Assembly (NCBI GenBank): GCA_964490165.1
Contig: CAZBAR010000002.1
Span: 6,064-70,063, forward strand
Direction of reading: 5' to 3'
Origin: an uncultured Lachnospiraceae bacterium
Lineage (GTDB): Bacteria; Bacillota; Clostridia; Oscillospirales; CAG-272
DNA: 64,000 nt
The position numbers and the translations under genes were made by a program. Below the pieces are notes generated by a model, which made no database searches, was not told where the DNA came from, and saw only the letters and a program-made list of their open reading frames with translations. Every line of letters begins with the position of its first letter. The first letter of the stretch is position 1. Of this stretch, positions 19,220-30,400 are shown piece after piece.

Positions 19220-20770
19220 ATGGAAATTTTCGCATTTGTCCTGTATTTTGCAGCAATGCTTGCCATTGGCGTGGTCTTCTTCTTTAAGTCCAAGTCAGGC
19301 GTCGGCGGCGAGAAGGATTACTTCCTCGGCGGCAGATCAATGGGACCCTTTGTTACCGCAATGAGTGCTCAGGCGTCCGATATGAGCGGATGGCTGCTTA
19401 TGGGTCTGCCCGGAAGCATTCTTGCTTTCGGTCTTGGTAAGGCTTGGATAGGCATCGGTCTTGCTATCGGTACTATTGCAAACTGGATCCTTGTTGCCCG
19501 CCGTCTGCGCCGTTTTTCTGCTGCCGCAGATGACGCTATCACTCTTCCGCAGTATCTTTCAAATCGCTTTGCTTCTTCAGGCAACTCACTGAAGGTAATA
19601 TGCGCGGTTATATTCCTTATAAGTTTTACCGTGTATGTTGCATCTGCGTTCAATGCAGGTACTGCCGTATTCTGTGCGGTACTGCCGTGGTTTGATGCTC
19701 ACAAGGAGCTTGCAATGATAATTTTTGCCCTGCTCATTCTTGTTTACACCTTCCTCGGCGGCTTTAAGGCTGTTTGCTGGACAGACTTCTTCCAGGGAAT
19801 TCTGATGCTTATCGCGCTTCTTGCAGTGCCGATAATTATGCTTTCCGTAGGCTCTTTCAACAATGAATTCTATAATGCTGTGGGCGGCGATATCTCAGCG
19901 TTCGGCACAAATCCTTTTACATCAGACTGGCGTGATATTATCTCCGGTCTCGGCTGGGGTCTCGGTTATTTCGGTATGCCTCACATCCTTGTAAGATTTA
20001 TGTCTATTAAGAAATCTTCAATGATCAAAAAGTCTGCTGCAGTTGCTATAGTTTGGGTCATTCTTACACTTGGTGCTGCTATTGCAATCGCTATTCTCGG
20101 CAGAGCATACATAATGTCTGACGGAAATTCTCTTGCTCAGACGCTGCTTCCCGGTTCTCAGGAGAAGATATTTATATTCGTTGTTAAGGATATCTTCCCG
20201 CCCTTTATAGTGGGACTGCTGCTGTCTGCCATAATCGCGGCTTCTATGTCAACTGCCGACAGCCAGCTGCTTGTTGCATCATCTTCTTTCACAAGCGATA
20301 TTTATAAGCCTATCTTCCGTTCGAACAAGGCGTCCGAAAAAGAGGTGCTTTGGGTCGGCAGAGTAGTAGTTCTTATAGTTTCCGTTATAGCGTTCTTTAT
20401 AGCTTCAAGCGGACTGAAGGACTCCAGCTCATGGGCTGCCAATATAATGAATATGGTAGAAAACGCATGGGGTCTGTTCGGAGCTGCTTTCGGTCCTGTA
20501 GTTATCCTGTCACTGTTCTGGAAACGCTTTAACTATCAGGGTGCCGTTGCAGGTATCGTAGCAGGTGCTGTTGCCGATATTCTGTGGCTGGTGCTTTGCA
20601 CAGGATCGATCCTCGATAACCCCTTGTTTGTAAGCGGAGTTTATGAGATCATCCCCGGATTTATTATGGGTGTTGTATTTGCAGTGGTTGTTACTCTTGT
20701 TACTCCCGCTCCTTCGGATAAGGTTATTGCGATATACGAAAAGGCTACTGATAAGAGCATTGACGACTGA
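19220..20770 (+). CDS. putP: Sodium/proline symporter (SSS family)
   Basis: DYFLGGR, SAQASDMSGWLLMGLPG, WGLGYFGMPHIL.RFM, MSTADSQLL. Confidence 0.9.
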   Translation: MEIFAFVLYFAAMLAIGVVFFFKSKSGVGGEKDYFLGGRSMGPFVTAMSAQASDMSGWLLMGLPGSILAFGLGKAWIGIGLAIGTIANWILVARRLRRFSAAADDAITLPQYLSNRFASSGNSLKVICAVIFLISFTVYVASAFNAGTAVFCAVLPWFDAHKELAMIIFALLILVYTFLGGFKAVCWTDFFQGILMLIALLAVPIIMLSVGSFNNEFYNAVGGDISAFGTNPFTSDWRDIISGLGWGLGYFGMPHILVRFMSIKKSSMIKKSAAVAIVWVILTLGAAIAIAILGRAYIMSDGNSLAQTLLPGSQEKIFIFVVKDIFPPFIVGLLLSAIIAASMSTADSQLLVASSSFTSDIYKPIFRSNKASEKEVLWVGRVVVLIVSVIAFFIASSGLKDSSSWAANIMNMVENAWGLFGAAFGPVVILSLFWKRFNYQGAVAGIVAGAVADILWLVLCTGSILDNPLFVSGVYEIIPGFIMGVVFAVVVTLVTPAPSDKVIAIYEKATDKSIDD

Positions 20771-20999
20771 CGGAATACAATACTATACTAAATACTATAC
20801 TAAGTGCTAAATAAAGCTGTAAAAGGAGCTGTCGCATGACAGCTCCTTTTAGCTTGTCTACAGTCTGTAGGCTCCATCTTTGAGGGAGCCTTAGTCTTAC
20901 TCGCAGAACGCGATAGCGATATCCTATTTGTGTTTTTGATAAACAACAAAAAGCCAACGGAAATTTCCGTTGGCTTTCTTTCTTGATTTAGTCAGTATT

Positions 21000-22727
21000 T
21001 TATTTTGATGATTCTTTAAGTGCAGTCTGTATCTCATCAAGCTTATTTGCAATAGATGCTTCAGCTTTCCAGCCGTTTGCTTCAGTTCTGCCTCTGGCTT
21101 CATCGCTGTTAGCAGGAATATACTTAAGCTTCTGATAAGCATCATTGGATTCTACCTTTGATTTAAGAGTTGAGATGCTGTTCTTGAACTCTTCTGCACT
21201 CATTGCCTCGATCTCATTCCAGATCTGAGCACTGAAGTTGTCGAGAGATGCAAGAAGAGCGGCATTGTCCTCATTGCGGTAATCAAAAGAGTAGGTAACA
21301 GGGAGATAAGAGTCAAGGTTCTGAGATTTAATGTCGTCCCAGTAGTCAAGGCTTACACCGTAATCGGGATATGTCATGTAAACATTACCGGTATCGATAA
21401 GGTTCATCTTATACTCATCGCTGAGCTTGACGATCATACCGGAATCTTCCTCATCATACTTCCAGTGAACGTTCTGTGCACCGTACTGAAGAATAGTACG
21501 CAGTGTAGTGTTCGTGTTGATCATGGTGATTATTTCCATAGAGCGGTTTACATTCTTGGTGTAAGTGCTTACTGCAAACATTGACTGCAGGTAATCGCTC
21601 TTGGTGCCCTGAGGTCTCTGATAGACGTTTATATAATAATCATCAGCATATTTCTGTATCTCACTGCCTGTGCAGGTGATATATCCGACGCCGAATTCAT
21701 CGACTTCATTGGTGGATACATATCCCTTTTCAACAAGAGTCTTGTAAAGAGTGTAGTTGTTAGTGAAGTTGGTAAATCCGAAAATATTGTCAACCGTCAG
21801 GTTTTCGTATGTAACGTCAGGTGTAGGTCTGGATGCAAGAACAGAGAATCCGGCATTGTCCTTTGCGGAATAATACTGATAGTAGTTGGGGACATACTTT
21901 CCGTAAACAGGTGTTACGCCGGGATAATACTTTGCTACATCCTCAATGAATGACTGGCAGTCTGAGAGGTTGGTAAGTCTTGCGGGATCAAGATATTCAG
22001 AGTCTGCAATTCTCTTGTTTACAAGGAAGTATGTATACTTGCCGACTTCGTGGTTGTTGGGGATAGCGTAAACGCTGCCCTCTACATTTGCCGCAGATAT
22101 AAAGTCGGGGAATATATAGCTGTTAAGCACCTTGCAGCTGCCGCTGATATCTTCATTAAGAGATTCGAGATAGAAGTTATCAATATAGTACTGATAATCC
22201 TCTGCGCCGCGGATAAGGAAAATATCCATCTGGTTGCGCTCAACATTGGCGTAGCCGGTAGCACCGCGGACAACAAGGCTGAGATCGCCGTCCATATTGG
22301 GATTTACATATGCGGTCGTGCCTTCAACAAGAGTTTCTCCGTTCTTTGCAGCTTCGATCTCCTGCTTTCTTCTGTCAATAGCTTCCTGTTCTTCCTGCTT
22401 GATACGTTCTTCAATGAACTTCATACGCTCTTTGACGGTAGCTTCGTATTCAGCGTCGGGAACAGCGTACAGCTTAATAGCTGTATCATACTCTGTCTGA
22501 GTGATCTGGTTTATAGCTTCTTCAACTGCGTAAATTGCTTCTTCTGTAGTGCCTTCCTGTGTAGGTATCCACAGTGTAAGCGTCATGCTTGAACGGTCAA
22601 GAGCGCTGCCTTCACCTTCTGTAGTATCAGAGCTGTTTTCACCGTTGATAACAGAACATCCGGAAAATGCGGCTCCGGTAACAAGCATTGCCAAACAAAG
22701 CAAGATACTTATGAGTCTCTTTTTCAT
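21000..22727 (-). CDS. Lipoprotein, ABC-type solute-binding-protein-like (divergent)
   Basis: Lipobox FSGC; YAIPN and AVS..TKN..RSMEI...INT....R..LQYG resemble clostridial sugar SBPs; bidirectional hairpin at 20949-20977. Confidence 0.6.
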   Translation of the reverse strand: MKKRLISILLCLAMLVTGAAFSGCSVINGENSSDTTEGEGSALDRSSMTLTLWIPTQEGTTEEAIYAVEEAINQITQTEYDTAIKLYAVPDAEYEATVKERMKFIEERIKQEEQEAIDRRKQEIEAAKNGETLVEGTTAYVNPNMDGDLSLVVRGATGYANVERNQMDIFLIRGAEDYQYYIDNFYLESLNEDISGSCKVLNSYIFPDFISAANVEGSVYAIPNNHEVGKYTYFLVNKRIADSEYLDPARLTNLSDCQSFIEDVAKYYPGVTPVYGKYVPNYYQYYSAKDNAGFSVLASRPTPDVTYENLTVDNIFGFTNFTNNYTLYKTLVEKGYVSTNEVDEFGVGYITCTGSEIQKYADDYYINVYQRPQGTKSDYLQSMFAVSTYTKNVNRSMEIITMINTNTTLRTILQYGAQNVHWKYDEEDSGMIVKLSDEYKMNLIDTGNVYMTYPDYGVSLDYWDDIKSQNLDSYLPVTYSFDYRNEDNAALLASLDNFSAQIWNEIEAMSAEEFKNSISTLKSKVESNDAYQKLKYIPANSDEARGRTEANGWKAEASIANKLDEIQTALKESSK

Positions 22728-22897
22728 TAGGAAACCTCCTGTGTGCGCGTAGCACGTATATAGTTATATTTTACACCAAATGGGTAGTTATGTCAAGGAC
22801 GAATTGTCTTTACTATGTATAATATTCTGTAAATTTTCAGGCACTTTGCCGAAAATTCATAAAAAATACATCAATTTAGCAAATGTGCAGTATCAGA

Positions 22898-23995
22898 TCA
22901 GTCCAAAAAGTCTTTAAGTCTTTTTGAGCGACTGGGGTGACGCAGCTTGCGCAGCGCCTTAGCCTCTATCTGACGTATGCGCTCACGGGTTATGTTAAAC
23001 TCCTTGCCCACCTCTTCAAGGGTATGGGTTCTGCCGTCGTTAAGACCGTAGCGCAGCTTTAAGACGTGCTCTTCGCGGGGGGTAAGCGTGTGAAGAACTT
23101 CCTTTATCTGCTCGCGAAGCATAGCGTAGGATGCAGCATCCTGCGGTGCAGGGGAGTCGTCGTCGGGAATAAAGTCTCCGAGGTGGCTGTCCTCCTCCTC
23201 GCCGATAGGAGTCTCAAGAGACACGGGATCCTGCGCTATTTTCATGATCTCGCGAACCTTTTCGGGAGACATACCGATCTTTTCGGCAACCTCATCGGGG
23301 GAAGCCTCGTGTCCCAGCTCCTGAAGCAGCTGACGCTGATAACGTGATACCTTGTGGATAGTCTCGACCATATGGACAGGGATACGGATAGTTCTTGCCT
23401 GATCGGCAATAGCACGGGTTATTGCCTGTCTTATCCACCACGTTGCGTATGTAGAGAACTTATAGCCTTTTGTGTAGTCAAACTTTTCTACAGCCTTCAT
23501 AAGACCGAGGTTACCCTCTTGAATAAGGTCAAGGAAAAACATACCCTTGCCGAGATAACGCTTGGCAATGCTTACAACAAGACGCAGGTTTGCCTCAATA
23601 AGCATCTGCTTTGCTTCCTCGTCTCCGTTTGCCATACGCTCCGCGATCTCAAGCTCGCGCTCAGCGTCAAGCAGCGGCACCTTGCCGATCTCCTTAAGGT
23701 ACATTCTTACGGGGTCGTCTATAGCGAGACCCTCCTGCTGAAGCATCTTTTCCATATCTTCAGCAGATTCAAGCTGCTCTACCTCAGTCTCTATTTCTTC
23801 AAATTCCGCCGGGTTTTCGTAGCTTATGACCTCAATTCCGCTTGACTCAAGCTGATCGTAGATCTTTTCGATCTGCTCGATGTCAAAATCTGCAAATTCA
23901 ATAGCCTCCATAATGTCGGCATTTGAAAGAGATCCCTTTGCCTTTCCTTTTTCGATGAGCGTTTTAATGTCAAACGGTTTCTTTTCCTGCTCCAT
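22898..23995 (-). CDS. sigA: RNA polymerase primary sigma factor
   Basis: [60 protein letters not shown]. Confidence 0.98.
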   Translation of the reverse strand: MEQEKKPFDIKTLIEKGKAKGSLSNADIMEAIEFADFDIEQIEKIYDQLESSGIEVISYENPAEFEEIETEVEQLESAEDMEKMLQQEGLAIDDPVRMYLKEIGKVPLLDAERELEIAERMANGDEEAKQMLIEANLRLVVSIAKRYLGKGMFFLDLIQEGNLGLMKAVEKFDYTKGYKFSTYATWWIRQAITRAIADQARTIRIPVHMVETIHKVSRYQRQLLQELGHEASPDEVAEKIGMSPEKVREIMKIAQDPVSLETPIGEEEDSHLGDFIPDDDSPAPQDAASYAMLREQIKEVLHTLTPREEHVLKLRYGLNDGRTHTLEEVGKEFNITRERIRQIEAKALRKLRHPSRSKRLKDFLD

Positions 23996-24035
23996 CTTTT
24001 AATCCTCATTCTTTCCTTTGCTTTTTATATAAACT

Positions 24036-25796
24036 TTATTGTTTGCTTTCCTGTCTGCGGCGTGCAATAAGTGACGCGAGGTCTTCTGTGCCGCTTTCCT
24101 TCAGCCTGATCTTTTCGGACTCGGTACGCAGCCTTTCTACTATGTCTGAAAACACATCCTTGCTGTTTGTAAGGCTTCGTCTGTCTGCCACCATTTTCAT
24201 AGCAAGGGAAACCTCGTCCTGAGTGAAATCCTCAGACAGCATACCGAAATTAAAGCTTTCTCCGAGTGTGATTATCTTTGAAAACAGCCTTTTATTAAGC
24301 GCGGAGAAAAACATATTTTCCTCCAAAAGCTTTTTTTCGGCAGTCAGCTTAATAAATTCGGGGTACTGCAAAAGCATACCCAGTATGGCTCTTTCAAGCT
24401 TTACGCTTGTGGGATTTTTAGCAAAATCGGGATCAACTCTGTCGCCGATACCCGAGGTCAGGCGTACTACTTCTCCGTGGAGGTCGTCTTTTTCTTTTTT
24501 GATTTTTCTTTTGAGTATTCCCGCAACCTCACCTTTTATGCCCTGTACGTCAAGCTCAAGTGTTTTTGCAACGCTTTGCGAATAAATATCTCGCTCAACC
24601 TTTGACGGCATATCGGCAATAGCGAAGCAAAGCTCTCTTGCGGCTCTCATTTTGCCGTCCGATGTGTTTATATCGTATTTTGACAAAGCTTTTGATATCT
24701 TATGGTCAAAGCCTGATTTTGAGCCCCTCAGAACCTCGGCAAATTTAGCTGCCCCGTGGGTCTTTATATATTCGTCCGGGTCCTTTGCGCCGGGGATGGT
24801 CAGCACGCGGGATTCTATGCCCGCTTCTTCCAAAAGCCGCATCGCTTTATCTGCGGCGCGCTGCCCCGCCTCGTCACTGTCGTATGAGATGATCACCTTG
24901 TCAGTGTATTTTTTCATTATTCGCGCCTGATCGGGTGTTATAGCTGTTCCGAGCGTGGCAACGGCGTTTTCAAAGCCTGCGGCGTGCAGTGCGATAACGT
25001 CCATATATCCCTCGCAAAGAATAAGCCTTTCCTTGGAGTGGTTTCTGGCAAAATTCAGTGCGAACAAATTACGGCTTTTTTTGAACGCGGGGGTATCCGC
25101 TGAGTTCAGATATTTGGGTTTTGAGTCGTCAAGCACACGTCCCCCGAAGGCAACAACGTTGCCCGAAACGTCTATTATTGGAAACATAACTCTGCCGCGA
25201 AAGCAGTCATATGTATTTTTTTCGTTTTTGCGGCCGCGCTGGCACAGATATCCCGCTACCATTTCCTCATCGGTAAAGCCCTTTGAGTAAAGATGCTTCT
25301 TCAGCGCGTCATATGAATTCGGGGCATATCCGAGTCCGAAACGCTTTATTGTGGCACCGGATAGCTGACGACGGGCAAAATACTCACGTCCGGCAGCTCC
25401 CGCTTCGGAAAACAGCGTTTCTCTGAAGAAACGGGCGGCGGCTAAATTCATTTCAAGAATCCTTGATCTTGTAGGGCCTGTAGGTGCGTCATTGCTGTTG
25501 TCATCAGGCAGGGTTATGCCGCTTCTGGCTGCAAGAAATTCAAGCGCTGCACGGTAGTCAAGATTTTCGATGCGCATTATAAAGCTTACAACATCACCGC
25601 CTGCTCCGCAGCCGAAGCAATAGAAACTTCCGTTGCCTGTATATACGGTGAACGATGGAGTTTTTTCACTGTGAAAAGGGCACAGCCCCTTGAGATTTGC
25701 GCCTGAGCGCGTAAGCGTTACATAAGATGATATAACGTCACTGATGCTGTTTCTGTATTTCAGGTATTCAATAATATTCTGCGGTATCATCAGCAT
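24036..25796 (-). CDS. dnaG: DNA primase
   Basis: CPFH...CFGC zinc finger, KYLNS, EGYMDV, YDSDEAG, KDPDE. Confidence 0.97.
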   Translation of the reverse strand: MLMIPQNIIEYLKYRNSISDVISSYVTLTRSGANLKGLCPFHSEKTPSFTVYTGNGSFYCFGCGAGGDVVSFIMRIENLDYRAALEFLAARSGITLPDDNSNDAPTGPTRSRILEMNLAAARFFRETLFSEAGAAGREYFARRQLSGATIKRFGLGYAPNSYDALKKHLYSKGFTDEEMVAGYLCQRGRKNEKNTYDCFRGRVMFPIIDVSGNVVAFGGRVLDDSKPKYLNSADTPAFKKSRNLFALNFARNHSKERLILCEGYMDVIALHAAGFENAVATLGTAITPDQARIMKKYTDKVIISYDSDEAGQRAADKAMRLLEEAGIESRVLTIPGAKDPDEYIKTHGAAKFAEVLRGSKSGFDHKISKALSKYDINTSDGKMRAARELCFAIADMPSKVERDIYSQSVAKTLELDVQGIKGEVAGILKRKIKKEKDDLHGEVVRLTSGIGDRVDPDFAKNPTSVKLERAILGMLLQYPEFIKLTAEKKLLEENMFFSALNKRLFSKIITLGESFNFGMLSEDFTQDEVSLAMKMVADRRSLTNSKDVFSDIVERLRTESEKIRLKESGTEDLASLIARRRQESKQ

Positions 25797-25822
25797 CCTC
25801 CTTAATATGTCTTATAAAATTG

Positions 25823-26836
25823 TCAATACTCCGTAGGTTTTTGCCATACTGACGGAATAAACAGTCTTCTGAAGGTATCTATAGCGTAGCGGTCTGTCAT
25901 ACTTGAGATATAGTCGCAAACACAGCGCCGGACGCCCTCTGTTTCTATGCTTTTCCGGCATGACTCAGGCATTTCCTCAGGATGCTCTTCAAAATAGCCG
26001 AACATCTCGGTAAGCATTGCCTTTGCTTTGACCTCCTCGCCTTTGGCAACGGGATTTCGATACACTGCGTCAAAGAGAAAATCCCGCAGCTTTTCAGTTG
26101 CGTCAAGCACATACGGCGTCATATATATGTCTGGCTTATCTGTCGAAGCTTCTATAACGGCCTTGACCATAGTATTTATGCGCTCTCCATGCCCTCGTCC
26201 GACTACCTCTAAAATATCCTTCGGTATATCATCGATAGTAAGGATACCTGCGCGGCAAGCGTCGTCTATGTCATGGTTTATGTAAGCGATACGGTCGGCA
26301 AATTTTATAATGCGCCCCTCAAGTGTGGATGCACGGTTTTTTCCTGCGTGATTGAGTATGCCGTCTCTGACCTCAGCGGTAAGGTTAAGACCGCGTCCGT
26401 CTCTCTCCAGCTTTTCTACAACGCGAAGACTTTGCTTATAGTGGGTAAAATTCTCGTCATAGCACTGCTGCATAACGATCTCTCCGGCGTGTCCGAATGG
26501 GGTATGTCCGAGATCGTGACCGAGTGCCGCGGCCTCGCACAGATCTTCGTTCAGCATAAGAGCGCGGCAGATTATCCGCGCTATTTGCGTTACCTCAAGT
26601 GTATGTGTCAGACGGGTGCGGTAATGCTCGTCAACAGGGAACAGAAACACCTGTGTTTTGTGCATAAGGCGGCGAAATGCCTTTGAGTGGATTATCCTGT
26701 CGCGGTCGCGTTGAAACTCAGTCCTGTTATTACAAGGGGTATAGGGATGATCTCTGCCCTTTGTATTACAGGTAAGAAACGCATAAGGCGACAGAGTAGA
26801 TTTTTCTCTCTCGCAGAACAACTCAGCTACAGTCAA
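25823..26836 (-). CDS. dgt: Deoxyguanosinetriphosphate triphosphohydrolase
   Basis: FQRDRDRIIHS.AFRRL..KTQVF, RTRLTH, HDLGHTPFGH.GE. Confidence 0.93.
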   Translation of the reverse strand: MTVAELFCEREKSTLSPYAFLTCNTKGRDHPYTPCNNRTEFQRDRDRIIHSKAFRRLMHKTQVFLFPVDEHYRTRLTHTLEVTQIARIICRALMLNEDLCEAAALGHDLGHTPFGHAGEIVMQQCYDENFTHYKQSLRVVEKLERDGRGLNLTAEVRDGILNHAGKNRASTLEGRIIKFADRIAYINHDIDDACRAGILTIDDIPKDILEVVGRGHGERINTMVKAVIEASTDKPDIYMTPYVLDATEKLRDFLFDAVYRNPVAKGEEVKAKAMLTEMFGYFEEHPEEMPESCRKSIETEGVRRCVCDYISSMTDRYAIDTFRRLFIPSVWQKPTEY

Positions 26837-27079
26837 AGCGGCACCGCCTTCCTATGCAGTATTTCTTTTCACTATAATATACGCAAAAATATACTTTTTT
26901 ACTTTTTTTGCTGACAAAATTGTGATTTGTTTAAGAGTTTTTTACATTTCCCGTTTCAAATGTGAAGCTCCACGCCCGAAATGCCCGTTTTCGGCGTGGG
27001 AAAATAAACAATAAAAGGTCATCGGCGACAAAAACAAAGCGCCGCCCGATGCAAACGCATCGGGCGGCGGGCTTTGTTA

Positions 27080-27445
27080 TCAGTCTTCAAATCCGAGCCT
27101 GAACAGCTTGTCGAGGCGTTCGGTATTTCCCGAAAGATGCAGATATGCAAACACGCATTCAAGTCCCGTTGCACGGCTGTACTGCGCGTGGGTTGCGCTT
27201 TTCGGTGCAGTGTGGGTGCTGTTGCGACCTCTTTTGTATACTGCCTCCTCGTCGTCGGTAAAGTACGGCAGCATTTTCTCAGCGGCAGCGCTTTGCGCGA
27301 CTGCTGTAACGTATTTTGCAGCTGCCTCCTGCGGGCGGGCAATTCCGCTCTCCACCAGACGTTTTCTTACCATAAGCTCCATAACTGCATCTCCCAAATA
27401 GGCAAGGGAGGCGATAGGGAGCTGATATGCCATACTTTTTTCCAT
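27080..27445 (-). CDS. mrnC: Mini-ribonuclease III
   Basis: LAYLGDAV.EL, A.AQ, KRGRN, Y..ATGLE; no dsRBD; hairpin terminator at about 27036-27075. Confidence 0.9.
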   Translation of the reverse strand: MEKSMAYQLPIASLAYLGDAVMELMVRKRLVESGIARPQEAAAKYVTAVAQSAAAEKMLPYFTDDEEAVYKRGRNSTHTAPKSATHAQYSRATGLECVFAYLHLSGNTERLDKLFRLGFED

Positions 27446-27457
27446 ATATGAGTGTTC

Positions 27458-30400
27458 CTAAATCTTTCTCTTAATGTATCTCAGGCGTATTTTTTGCCAC
27501 AGGCTGAGATCATTATATACTGCTGTGATGATATCGCTGAGATATTCGGCGCACATATACATTTCTTCATAGGACAGACCGTGACCGAATTCTTCCTTTT
27601 GCATAGCCGCAATAACATCTCCGACATCGATAAGTGACAGTGTACCGTAATTCTCTCTTATACGTTCGGCATATTCCTCGGACAGCTCTCCAGATTTTGG
27701 TGAAAAGCCTATAAGCTCAAACACTGAGAGAATAAAATCATTGATCTGACGTGCTGTCTTTCTGTTATCTATACGGTCGTCATTGTACCGCTCTTCGTTC
27801 CGGGCAACGTCTATAACACGGAATCGGTCTGCAACAGCGTCGTTTGCTTTTTTGCGTATATGCTTTACGATAAGGAATATTATTACAAAGAACAGCACTA
27901 CTGCTGCGGCTATAGCAAGACGCTGCAAAAACCATATAATATCGCCCGCATCCTCCGGCACCTCCTCAATTTCGGGAAGTACGATCTCAGGCTCGGTAGC
28001 GGGATCAAAATGTGACGGAGTACTGTTATCGTCAGGGAAGGGGGGATTTGAGGGGTCATAATCTATCGTTGCGGATGATGAATTATACATTGCCTCCGAA
28101 TAATCTCCGGGGGTGACCTCAAACTGTGTCCAGCCCATGCCGTCAATGTACACCTCTATCCATGCATGCGCGTCGCTGTCGTTGACGTACGCTCTGAGAG
28201 AGGCGCTCTTTCCGCCGATGGCAGGCTCAAAGCCGTGAGCTACATAGCCTTCGCAGTAGCGGGTGGGAATACCGTATTCGCGCAGGATGGCAGCGGCTGC
28301 TGTGGCGAAGTGTGAGCAGTAGCCCTCCTTGACATCGGTCAAAAACGCTTCAAGAACAGGCTTGTCTCCGTAATATTTTGACTGATCGGGTGACAGTGTA
28401 TAGGTATAATTTTCATTGAAATAGTCTGCTACTGCACGAACCTTTTTATATATTCCGGCGTCGTCTCCGACGGAAGCTTTTATTTCCTCTGCTATTTCCG
28501 CTACCACGGCAGAGCCTGTTTTTTCTGTATAGCGCTCGTGTGCGTAAGCAGAGTATTCTTCTTCCATATCAAAGAAGTCAAGCAGCTCCATGCGTTCATC
28601 GCCTGTCATATAGTTGAAATATCTGTCGCAGAGGTTGGTTCCGAGGTAATCTATTCCGTCTTCCTGCAAGGATATGTCAAACTCATACAGTCCGGTATTT
28701 ATAACATTCTGATCAGAATACATTCTGTACTGTCTTATAAATTCCTTACAGCGCTCATAGTATTCAAGACTGTCGCTGATGCCGTCATCTACGCCTGCGC
28801 GGCTGTAATTGCTTATATACGAAACGGTGCTGTAGCCTGTACCGTATTTGTAAAAGCGCGAGGAGTAAACACCGTCAAAGTACACCGAATACTTGAATTC
28901 ATTGTCCTCAAGCAGACCGTATTTCAAAAGTCCGATGTCGGTGTTCATATGTGACGGCATAAACAGCAAAAGGCTTTGGCCGCTGTTGCGCCAAACGTTT
29001 ATTTGCTGCACATTAAATCCGTATTTTGACAGGTTTTTGTACTCATTTTTCTCAACGATCTCAGCCGTAGATGGAAAAACATTGCTGTAAAAGGCGGTAG
29101 TTATCTCGTCGGGAGAAAACTCCTTGCCGAAGCGCTCGCGATACTCTATGACTTCGTCATGGTCGGCGCTTATCCATTTGCCCTCGCCCCACTCAAAATC
29201 AGTAGCTATCCAGCTTCTGAGGTACACGTTGTTGTAGCCCTCTGTCTCTACTCTGAATATTCTTTTATCCTTGTATTCAATAGAGTCAAAGGTAAGCTGG
29301 CGGGGAGTAAGCTCATTGAGTCCGTAAGAGTCAAGTTCATTAAGATCTATGTCGTTACCCTTAAGGTATGCGGTAACATATGCGCTTGCGATCTGTACTT
29401 TATTGTATATAGGCTCAATAATGCGGAAGGATTTTGATACTGCAGACATCGGCAGAACCACTGCAAGAAAAACTGTAAGAGCAACACCTGCGGCGGCATA
29501 TCCGCCTGCAAATGAGACAAAGCGAGATTTTTTTGCCCTCTCGCGGCGCTGCTGCCTTTTCTTCGCTTTAACTGAAGCAGTAGCTTTCTTCAGTGCTTTC
29601 TTAGCTTCTTTTGCAGCGTCCTTATCTCCGCTTTTCTTCAGCTTGGCAATACGCTTTCTTTCTTCCTTTGCAAGCTTTTTGTCAAGACGTTTTGCAGCTT
29701 TTTTTGCAGCCTTTGCAGCCTTTTTTTCACTGCGCTTTGCCTTCTTGAAGGCTCTTCGCGCAGCTCTTGCCTTTTTAGGCTCTGCTCCTGCGTCCAGTGC
29801 TGCAATAAAGATCTTTTCAGCCTTTAATCTGATCTCTTTTTTTTCGCTTTTCTTAGCCGCTTTTGCAGCCTTTTTCTCGGCGCGCCGTTGCTGTCTTTCA
29901 AGCTTTCGGTTTTGCTTTTTCTCAATGCGTCCGCTGTAGCGGCGATCATATATTTTCAGCGCTACCGCGGTACATATGAATATAACTGAAAGTCCGATGC
30001 CGGAGGTTCCGATGGCTATGTTATATGTAAGTATGGGAGCTGCAATGGCAGTTACAAATACAATAAGGGGCACAAGACGAACCTTTTTCTGTACTGTGAG
30101 AAAAAGTATGACGCCTATAAGCGTGCACAGCAGAAATACGCCGACAAAACGCTGCGGATCATATTCTGCATAGGCAGCAGCGCTGTAGTCGTAGCCGTCT
30201 GTGACCATATAATTTGCAATTGAGTAATATCCGTAGCCTGAAACGGTATAAAGAGCATAGTTGTAAACTCTCAGTGCGGACTCTGCGGTAAAGCTTATGG
30301 GGTTGCCGTAAAGAGCCGCGATGATGCCGGTGTATGCGCCGACATAAGCTGCTGCCGTGCCCAGGGTGAATTTCCAACCCAGGGATGCGATACCGCAGGC

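Noticed and set aside
25823-26836. dGTPase as an anti-phage defence gene
   Set aside because: It sits in the conserved housekeeping dgt-dnaG-sigA operon.
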